Shown here: in pieces, positions 57,313-64,000 of the stretch
How the letters are laid out: each line of letters starts with the position of its first letter
Numbering within the stretch: position 1 is the stretch's first letter
Notes under the pieces: model-generated
Databases searched by the model: none
Told to the model about the DNA's origin: nothing
Seen by the model: only the letters and a program-made list of their open reading frames with translations
NCBI GenBank assembly: GCA_963668545.1
Contig: OY764868.1
Location: 3,312,578-3,376,577 of the forward strand
Length of the DNA stretch: 64,000 nucleotides
Source: Spirochaetia bacterium
GTDB lineage: Bacteria > Spirochaetota > Spirochaetia > CADAEX01
Reading direction: 5' to 3'
Program-made: the position numbers and the translations under genes

Positions 57313-59309
57313 AACTTCATACCCCTATTTACCCTGTCAATTAATGAATAACTCCTGATAATTTCAGCACTGCTCCATGCCTGTGCAAAAGTCCCTTTAC
57401 CTTTACCAGGGCTGTATCCGTCAAATATTTCTGATATAAATCCTCTACCGTTTTCCGGAAGATGTCTCTCAAGAAAGCTGTCAAGCAGCTGCTCAAGTTC
57501 TTGGGCATCTGATTCGATGTTTTCAGAGACCCTCAGTACTGCCTCTGTGTAGATACCGAAAAGCCACGGCCAGACAGTCCCCTGGTGATAAACACTGTCT
57601 CTCTCCCTCCCGTTTCCTGAATATTCACCTCTGAACTCAGGATGATCAGGGCTCAGTGTCCTGAGGCCTGATGAGGTTAAAAGCTTTTCCCTGCAAACAC
57701 TGACAATACTCCGCCTGTCAGCTGCAGAGAGAGGAGAATACGGAAGAGAAGCTGCCCACAGCATATTCGGCCTTACAGAAAAATCCTTTCCTCCGGAGTT
57801 AACAGTATCAGCAAGGTAGACCCCTTCTTCTATCCAGTATTTTTCCCTGAAACCCTTTTTTATTTTCCCCGCGGCTACAGTATATCTGTCAGATATATCC
57901 TTTTTCATATATCCGGAAAGCTCAGCAAGGAACATCAGGGAATTATACCAGAGAGCGTTTATATCAACAGGAGCACCGGACCTGGGGGTTACAGGGATAT
58001 TGTCCACCATTGCATCCATCCATGTGAGCTGGGTATTTTCATCTCCTGCAATGATAAACCCTTCGCTGTCAGCAGAAGCAGAAGGAAGCTTCCCCGAGAG
58101 GAAAGCATCAATGATTTCAGTGATCCCTTTATGAAACTCCTTCGCAGCCTCCTTTCCCCCGCGCACATACCTGAAAAGCTGCTGAACTGCAAAAATATAC
58201 AGAAGGGAGGCATCAACAGAATTAAAAGATTCAAATCCCTGTGCTCCGGAAAGGGTATTTGGAATAAGCCCGTTTTTAATAAGCTTTGTATATGATTTGA
58301 GTATTTCTATCCCATCTTCAGGACAGCTGTTGAAAAATGTAAGTCCGGGAAGGGAAATCATTGTATCCCTACCCCATTCCCCGAACCAGGGGTAACCCGC
58401 AATAACAGATTTAAAACCGTCTGTATTTCTGATAATAAAGTGGCGTGCGTTTTCCTTAAGCAGCCTCAGACTGCTTTTACTGATGCTGCTGAATTTTCTG
58501 CTGTTCTTTTCCCTTTTCTTTTTTTCTTCAGCATATACCTCTGCAAAATCAACACTGTTTTCCCTGTCAGGAGGATCAAGTGAGAACCTCATATAAAACT
58601 CGTCCCCCTTGCTGAAGAGTGTTGTAAAAGTTCCCGGCATGATCCTGTCTTCCCTGAAATCAAATCCTCTTTCCATCTCTTTCAGATATTCGGTATTCTC
58701 GATCCACCATGGGCCGTTTTCAAAAACAGTTTCCTTACTGAAGCAGATATGAAGGGGAGGAACAGAGCTGTAGCATGAGAAGGAATAATCCCTTTTGTTT
58801 TCAGAGTGCATATCGATATCTGCATTACAGTTTATCTCTGCAAGGTGATGTATATTTCTCATGCTGAAGAGAAAATTAAGTTTCAGAAGAGATGTCATCT
58901 TTATTTCAGACTGGTTTTTCATCTTTATAAACAGACCGTAATTCTCTGTCATAAATAGTTCCATAACAAAGACAGTACCTTTATCTGTATATTTCCATGC
59001 ATTAAAGGGATAATCCCTGTATGACTCAAGCATCCGGTATCCTTCAGGATGAATTTTCCCCGGATACTGGCTGTTGGAAAATTCAAGTACAGCATCCGCC
59101 TTCTCAATAACAGGTTCGACACCTGATAAAAAAAGGTATCTCCCCTCAAATCCCTTTACTGGTACAGCATAGAGCCCATGATATTTTCTGGTATTACACA
59201 GCGAAACTGTTGATGCTGCATATCCCCCTCTCCCGTCTGTTTCAAGCCATTCAATATCTGTTACAGGATATTCCCTGCCAAATAATATTTCTCTTTCCAT
59301 TTTCAGCAA
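57309..59309 (-). CDS. Amylo-alpha-1,6-glucosidase / glycogen debranching enzyme (GDE N-terminal plus GDE_C catalytic domain)
   Basis: N-terminus WLETDGRGGYAASTVSLCNTRKYHGL, typical of the bacterial/archaeal GDE_N domain. A C-terminal (alpha/alpha)6-barrel region. 666 aa. Confidence 0.75.
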   Translation of the reverse strand: MLKMEREILFGREYPVTDIEWLETDGRGGYAASTVSLCNTRKYHGLYAVPVKGFEGRYLFLSGVEPVIEKADAVLEFSNSQYPGKIHPEGYRMLESYRDYPFNAWKYTDKGTVFVMELFMTENYGLFIKMKNQSEIKMTSLLKLNFLFSMRNIHHLAEINCNADIDMHSENKRDYSFSCYSSVPPLHICFSKETVFENGPWWIENTEYLKEMERGFDFREDRIMPGTFTTLFSKGDEFYMRFSLDPPDRENSVDFAEVYAEEKKKREKNSRKFSSISKSSLRLLKENARHFIIRNTDGFKSVIAGYPWFGEWGRDTMISLPGLTFFNSCPEDGIEILKSYTKLIKNGLIPNTLSGAQGFESFNSVDASLLYIFAVQQLFRYVRGGKEAAKEFHKGITEIIDAFLSGKLPSASADSEGFIIAGDENTQLTWMDAMVDNIPVTPRSGAPVDINALWYNSLMFLAELSGYMKKDISDRYTVAAGKIKKGFREKYWIEEGVYLADTVNSGGKDFSVRPNMLWAASLPYSPLSAADRRSIVSVCREKLLTSSGLRTLSPDHPEFRGEYSGNGRERDSVYHQGTVWPWLFGIYTEAVLRVSENIESDAQELEQLLDSFLERHLPENGRGFISEIFDGYSPGKGKGTFAQAWSSAEIIRSYSLIDRVNRGMKL

Positions 59310-59362
59310 ATCCTATAAATATCAATAATTTATTTCCTGTATCAGGAAACCTGTCTTTATCC

Positions 59363-61405
59363 TTACTTAACCTGCTGCAGCAGTTTTTCCTCTTTAAACC
59401 CACCATCAGAATGCTTTTCACTTTTCCTGAAAACAAGAACAGTCCTGGTCGGAAGGTAAAGAGGAAGGAAACACCCTTCATTATTCTGAACTGTTTCTAT
59501 CCCCAGGTTCTCAGGTATTCTGCCGTATCCTCCGAACTCATCCTTATCAGAATCAAGGACAAGAGAGTAAATTCCCTTCTCAACCCTGAAATAATAATCA
59601 ACATATGATCTTGAAGGATCCAGATTGAAAAAATAATAAAGCCCCCCCCTGCTGTAGGCAAGCACATGATCACTGTTGTGTATATGTATAAGCTCTGCAA
59701 AATCTGAATCAACAGAACAGCTGCATTTTTCTATCATGGCTTTATCAAAATTAAGAAGCTTCATGTATTTCAGATCCTTGTTTTCAGCCAGGGACCACTG
59801 TCTTCTGGCATAATGATAGGACCAGTTGTTTCCTTCACGCGGAAAATCTATCCACTCCGGATGGCCGTACTCGTTCCCCATGAAGTTCATGTAACTGTTA
59901 CCTGCACAGGAGAAGGTGAGAAGTCTTATTATCTTGTGAAGGGCAATACCCCGGGATATTACAGGGGAATCATCAAAAACAGACATATGGTCATACATTT
60001 CTGAATCCATAAGACGGAATGCAATTGTCTTGTCCCCGACAAGAGCCTGGTCATGAGATTCACAGTAGGATATGTTTTTTTCAGTCCATCTCCTGTTGTT
60101 AAGCTGTTGCCAGATCTCCTCCATATTCCAGTCCTCATCCCTTTTTTCCTTGATGGTTTTTATCCAGAAATCGGGAATTCCCATACCCAGCCTGTAATCA
60201 AAACCTATCCCCCCCTTTTCAAAAGGATAGGCCATTCCCGGGTATCCGCTCATATCTTCTGCAATTGTAATAAATCCCGGCCTCCCCTGGTGCATCATCT
60301 TATTTGCAAGGGTAAGATAGGTCAGTGCTTCAAAATCCGTGTTTTCAGAAAAATAACAGTCATAGCTTGTAAAGCTGCTTTCAAGGCCGTGATTCATATA
60401 AATCATGCTTGTAACACCGTCAAAACGGAAGCCGTCTATCCTGTATTCTTCTGCCCAGAACATGCAGCTTGAAAGAAGAAAATGAAGCACCTCAGGCTTG
60501 CTGTAATCAAAAAGCTTTGAATCCCATGCAGGGTGCTCTCCCTTTCCCCCATCGTGAAAATACTGGTAGGATGTCCCGTCAAATCTTGAAAGTCCTTCAT
60601 TTTCATTTCTGACAGAATGGGAATGGACAAGGTCCATAATTACCCGGATACCGTATTTATGACATGAATCAACAAGAGACTTGAATTCGTCAGGTGTCCC
60701 GAATCTTGATGAAAGTGCAAAAAAACCGGAAACCTGATAACCGAAAGAGCCGTAATAGGGGTGCTCCATCAGAGCCATAAACTGGACAGCGTTATATCCG
60801 CATTTCACAATATGAGGAAGTATGTTTTTTTCAAAATTCACAAAATTTCCCACTTCATAATTCTCACTGCCCATTCCGACATGTACCTCATATATCAGGA
60901 GTGGTTTTTCTTCTGTATTATCTCTTATATATGGAGATTTCCATCTGTATTTTTTTTCGGGGTCCCAGACCTGGGCTGTAAAAATATGGTTATTCTCATC
61001 CTGCACAATTCTTCTTGCATACGGGGAAATACGCTCGCCTTCACCGCCCGGCCATTTAAGGTAATATTTATAAAGGGTCCTGTGGGGGAGTAGACTTTTA
61101 TCAACTTTAAGTTCCCAGTCACCTTTTTCATTCACTCTTCTGAATCTGTATTCTTCTGACTGCTTCCATCCGCTGAAATCACCAACCAGGAAAAACTCTT
61201 CCGCATTAGGGGCCCATTCCCTGAATACAGCTTTATCCCGGATCCTGTGAAGTCCATAGTAAAGATGTGCGGAAGCAAAACCTTTAAGATCTCCGTCAGG
61301 CGAGATACGTTTCTCTGCGGCTGTAAAATGTCTTACCCGTTTTTTGATGTCTTCCCTGTAGGGGTCAAGATAAGGATCAGAGGAAATCAGTTCCTGCATC
61401 TTCAT
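59363..61405 (-). CDS. glgB: 1,4-alpha-glucan branching enzyme (GH13, eukaryote-like GH13_8 type)
   Basis: CBM48-like N-domain (FREWAPNAEEFFLVGDFSGW). GH13 regions YGIRVIMDLVHSH, DGFRFDGVTSM and the catalytic E in ITIAED. 680 aa. Confidence 0.85.
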   Translation of the reverse strand: MKMQELISSDPYLDPYREDIKKRVRHFTAAEKRISPDGDLKGFASAHLYYGLHRIRDKAVFREWAPNAEEFFLVGDFSGWKQSEEYRFRRVNEKGDWELKVDKSLLPHRTLYKYYLKWPGGEGERISPYARRIVQDENNHIFTAQVWDPEKKYRWKSPYIRDNTEEKPLLIYEVHVGMGSENYEVGNFVNFEKNILPHIVKCGYNAVQFMALMEHPYYGSFGYQVSGFFALSSRFGTPDEFKSLVDSCHKYGIRVIMDLVHSHSVRNENEGLSRFDGTSYQYFHDGGKGEHPAWDSKLFDYSKPEVLHFLLSSCMFWAEEYRIDGFRFDGVTSMIYMNHGLESSFTSYDCYFSENTDFEALTYLTLANKMMHQGRPGFITIAEDMSGYPGMAYPFEKGGIGFDYRLGMGIPDFWIKTIKEKRDEDWNMEEIWQQLNNRRWTEKNISYCESHDQALVGDKTIAFRLMDSEMYDHMSVFDDSPVISRGIALHKIIRLLTFSCAGNSYMNFMGNEYGHPEWIDFPREGNNWSYHYARRQWSLAENKDLKYMKLLNFDKAMIEKCSCSVDSDFAELIHIHNSDHVLAYSRGGLYYFFNLDPSRSYVDYYFRVEKGIYSLVLDSDKDEFGGYGRIPENLGIETVQNNEGCFLPLYLPTRTVLVFRKSEKHSDGGFKEEKLLQQVK

Positions 61406-61476
61406 GTTCTCCTTTTTTACTGAACATTTTTACGGGATCAGCTTTATTATCTTCTGTTGATTTAAATTATAGTCTT

Positions 61477-62040
61477 TCAGAAAAAGATTAACAAATTATT
61501 GGAAAAATATTTTCTGATTTCTTTCATAGAAAAGCCTTTTGAAAGAAGTTTCCTTATTATTTTTTCATCTGTGATATTTCTGTTTCGCCGTAGTTTCTCA
61601 GCAAGAGCAGAAACAGCCTTTTCTGAGGCTTCCTCAGTGAAGAGAGAGTTTACTACAGACTCCGCAGTCTCCCTGTCCACCCCTTTTGAGGAAAGCATAC
61701 CCTTGAGCACATAGGGCCCTGAAGGGTTATTTCTAAGCCTTGAGCTGATCCACTGTTCTGCATATTCCCTGTCATTGATGAGGTTTTTACTTTTGAGATA
61801 TGAAACTGCTTCTTCTGCAGCAAATTTGGAGAAACCCCTTTTCAGAAGTTTTACCTTGAGAAGATATTCTGTCTGGGAAGATATGGAAAGAAGGTCAATT
61901 GATTTTTTTACAGCAGACCTTTTTTCATCAAGAATTTTTAACTCATAATATTTTTCAGGAGAGATTTCATCCCCTTCAGATATTCCGGACTCTTTAAAAT
62001 CTTCAGTCAGCAATAAAAAAGGGGAACTGTCAGAGAGCAT
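61477..62040 (-). CDS. recX: RecX-family regulatory protein
   Basis: Three-helix repeats (YLLKVKLLKRGFSKFAAEEAVSYLKSKNLINDREYAEQWISSRLRN...). The start is uncertain: the track ORF runs to 62133 and overlaps rpsI, and the internal Met is at 62040. Confidence 0.65.
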   Translation of the reverse strand: MLSDSSPFLLLTEDFKESGISEGDEISPEKYYELKILDEKRSAVKKSIDLLSISSQTEYLLKVKLLKRGFSKFAAEEAVSYLKSKNLINDREYAEQWISSRLRNNPSGPYVLKGMLSSKGVDRETAESVVNSLFTEEASEKAVSALAEKLRRNRNITDEKIIRKLLSKGFSMKEIRKYFSNNLLIFF

Positions 62041-62086
62041 AATCTCAACTGCAGATCCCCTTTCTGATATATTCTGAATAGAGAAA

Positions 62087-62479
62087 TTATCGTTTTGAGA
62101 ACTGGAACTTTCTTCTAGCACCTTTCTGACCAAATTTCTTTCTTTCCACCATTCTCGGGTCCCTTGTAAGGAATCCGTTTGCTCTTAATGTTGAAATATT
62201 TGTTTCATCATTGTGCGCAAGAGCTCTGGCAATACCATGTCTGCATGCACCAGCCTGTCCTCTGATACCACCGCCTGTTACATTGATTAAAATATCAAAC
62301 TTCCCTTCACAGTCGAGAACTGCAAGAGGCTGTTTAAGGACATAAACATGCTCGGGGTTTACAAAATATTCTTCTACAGCTTTTCCGTTTACTGTAATAG
62401 CTCCGTTACCGCTTCTGAGATAAACACGAGCTACAGCAGTTTTTCTTCGTCCTGTTCCTAATGCAAGATTTTTTACCAC
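62087..62479 (-). CDS. rpsI: 30S ribosomal protein S9
   Basis: GGGIRGQAGA...GARRKFQFSKR is the canonical S9 C-terminus. 130 aa. Confidence 0.95.
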   Translation of the reverse strand: MVKNLALGTGRRKTAVARVYLRSGNGAITVNGKAVEEYFVNPEHVYVLKQPLAVLDCEGKFDILINVTGGGIRGQAGACRHGIARALAHNDETNISTLRANGFLTRDPRMVERKKFGQKGARRKFQFSKR

Positions 62480-62495
62480 TTATATACTCCTAATC

Positions 62496-62924
62496 CTATA
62501 TCTCATATTTCTCAGGGTTCTGAGCTGCATGCGGATGTTCAGCACCTGCATAGATTTTTACATTTCTATACATAGTGTTGCCGAGAGTCCCTCTCGGAAG
62601 CATTCCTCTAACAGCTTTTTCCATCGGGAAAGTTGGTTTTCTTTCGAGCACCTTTCTGTAGCTTTCCACTTTTAATCCGCCCGGATATCCTGTATGTTTG
62701 TAGTAAAGTTTCTTATCTTCCTTACCACCAGTTACTACTGCTTTTTCTACATTAACAATAATAACATAATCTCCAATTGCCTGATGAGGGACAAAACATG
62801 CTTTATGCTTGCCTCTTAATAGGTTTACAGCTGCAACAGCTACCCTGCCGAGAGGTTTCCCTTCAGCATCTATAATAAACCATTTTCTTTCAACATCTTT
62901 CGGCTTTACGAAAATTGTTTTCAT
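62496..62924 (-). CDS. rplM: 50S ribosomal protein L13
   Basis: WFIIDAEGKPLGRVA...YYKHTGYPGG is the L13 signature. 142 aa, 16 nt upstream of rpsI. Confidence 0.95.
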   Translation of the reverse strand: MKTIFVKPKDVERKWFIIDAEGKPLGRVAVAAVNLLRGKHKACFVPHQAIGDYVIIVNVEKAVVTGGKEDKKLYYKHTGYPGGLKVESYRKVLERKPTFPMEKAVRGMLPRGTLGNTMYRNVKIYAGAEHPHAAQNPEKYEI

Positions 62925-63179
62925 AAAAATCGCCCTTACTTAGAATTTATTTATTTATTTCAGGTCCGGCATTTGCACAGCAAAGCTGAGTGTAACGGGA
63001 TCGCAGAGCTCTGGAAATTTAACCGTCCCCTGATACAAAGCACTTCTATAGTACTAAAAGTTTATTAAAATATCCTCTTTAGTCAAGTACTGAGTAATTG
63101 AATTTGCTTGATTAAATCGTTTCTTTACAGTTAAAATATTGTTAATTCGGAGCATTTCTTCTCTGGAAAGGAGATTTCA

Positions 63180-63623
63180 GTGGATATAGAATTCAGAGAC
63201 ATTAAGAGACAGGACATCGAAGAGCTGGTAAAACTCTGTTCAGGGATCGGGGGATATAACCTTAGATATGAAAACATGTCTGAACGGGTCAGGGACGTCA
63301 TGAAATCTGAAAACGGTACTGTTATAGTGGCTGTAGACCCGTCAAATTCAGTTGCAGGATGGATACAGCTTGAAGTATGTGCTTCCATACTGACTGACAA
63401 ATGCTGCAACATATCCGGGCTTTTTGTTGATCCCAGATACCGGGGAAGAAAAATAGGGAAAATGCTTATTGACAAGGCAAGGGAATGGGGCCTGGAGAGG
63501 GAGTGTACAAGTCTGAACATCCTTTCAGACCAGAAAAGAATTGATGCCCACAATTTTTACAAGCATATAGGATTTAAGCAGATAAAAACAGAAGAAACCT
63601 TTCATCTGGAACTTGAAGAATAA
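63180..63623 (+). CDS. GNAT family N-acetyltransferase (GTG start)
   Basis: Motif A GLFVDPRYRGRKIGKMLIDKA. GGAAAGGAGA RBS before the GTG at 63180. Confidence 0.75.
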   Translation: MDIEFRDIKRQDIEELVKLCSGIGGYNLRYENMSERVRDVMKSENGTVIVAVDPSNSVAGWIQLEVCASILTDKCCNISGLFVDPRYRGRKIGKMLIDKAREWGLERECTSLNILSDQKRIDAHNFYKHIGFKQIKTEETFHLELEE

Positions 63624-63630
63624 TAAGCTT

Positions 63631-63927
63631 CTACCTGTTCCTGTTTTTTACAGATTTAATTATAAGCGCTGTTAAAAGGAGAAAAACAGGAACAGTTTCA
63701 GAAAGCACTGAAATAACATCAACATTCCTGTAAACTACTGTATCAGGCACAACGATGCCGAAGAAAATCAGGGTCCTGTAAACTACTGAAATATAAAAGG
63801 CAATAACTGAAAGAATAATAAAAATCCAGCTGCTGTCTCTTGTTTTAGTCCAAACAATAATAGAAATAAAAACAGCAGCAGCCCAGAATATGTTGTTAAG
63901 AAGCATTGATATCATATGGGTATTCAT
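63631..63927 (-). CDS. Small hypothetical membrane protein (3 TM)
   Basis: 98 aa with three hydrophobic helices. No family recognised. Short and AT-rich, so a low-confidence call. Confidence 0.3.
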   Translation of the reverse strand: MNTHMISMLLNNIFWAAAVFISIIVWTKTRDSSWIFIILSVIAFYISVVYRTLIFFGIVVPDTVVYRNVDVISVLSETVPVFLLLTALIIKSVKNRNR

Positions 63928-64000
63928 TATAAATATTCTCCCGATAGTTTAATTACTGTTTTTAGAAAATTTTCCCTTTCACCTTTTGAAATCTCCCCGG

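Noticed and set aside
62925-63179. Possible structured leader upstream of rplM (ggtccggcatttgcacagcaaagctgagtgtaacgggatcgcagagctctgg…)
   Set aside because: Some short complementary segments exist, but I could not fold a convincing conserved L13-leader-like structure by eye. It needs a covariance-model search.
1-64000. CRISPR arrays, tandem or direct repeats, integrases or transposases, rRNA or tRNA genes
   Set aside because: Scanning the intergenic regions and the ORF products found none. No recombinase, reverse transcriptase or phage structural signature appeared in any frame.

Overview
This 64 kb window is a bacterial chromosomal segment of moderate to low GC, read by eye from the sequence and the supplied ORF track. 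Coding density is high and many genes have clear AGGAG-type ribosome-binding sites, with several TTG or GTG starts. No rRNA, tRNA, CRISPR array, integrase, transposase or obvious prophage was seen.

Content in order:
- 0 to 12.8 kb is an accessory-looking run of small-molecule-modifying enzymes: an SH3-like protein, two nitroreductases, a YheT-type alpha/beta hydrolase, SAM methyltransferases, three GNAT acetyltransferases, a secreted subclass-B1-like metallo-beta-lactamase-fold protein lacking His116, a frameshifted VOC/glyoxalase gene, an AEC transporter, YbaK, TudS/DUF523, an SDR, a zinc-type alcohol dehydrogenase, a HEAT-like protein and a HIT protein.
- 12.8 to 16.1 kb holds UspA and a first TRAP transporter (dctPQM).
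- 16.2 to 25.2 kb holds a GNAT remnant, an AraC/GyrI regulator, a second nitroreductase, an unknown protein, a PAS-GGDEF diguanylate cyclase, a HAD hydrolase, a flavodoxin-like protein, a ferritin-like protein, MYG1, and a four-gene module of unknown protein, split DUF318-type permease and methyltransferase.
- 25.4 to 36.3 kb is a long minus-strand block: a BMP-type (nucleoside-like) ABC transporter without an adjacent binding protein, LysR, a glycerol-kinase-like FGGY kinase, a second TRAP transporter and a class V (PhnW/AGXT-like) aminotransferase.
- 36.5 to 44.5 kb holds a hybrid sensor histidine kinase, a BMP lipoprotein, a patatin-like phospholipase with a C-terminal beta-barrel-like domain, deoB and deoA, apparently as one nucleoside-catabolism operon.
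- 44.6 to 49.6 kb holds AraC, a LysE remnant, AzlCD, an orphan solute-binding protein, HflX and acylphosphatase.
- 49.6 to 61.4 kb holds an excisionase-type HTH plus pseudo-receiver regulator, then a six-gene glycogen operon: glgB, an amylo-1,6-glucosidase, glgP, a GlgE-like GH13 gene, glgA and glgC.
- 61.5 to 64 kb holds recX, rpsI, rplM, a GNAT and a small membrane ORF.

I found no compact, obviously novel system such as a defence island. The most interesting candidates are the LysR, GlpK-like kinase, TRAP transporter and aminotransferase locus, the GlgE-like gene inside a classical glg operon, the patatin gene inside a deo operon, the His116-lacking metallo-beta-lactamase-fold protein, the pseudo-receiver regulator, and several decayed genes.
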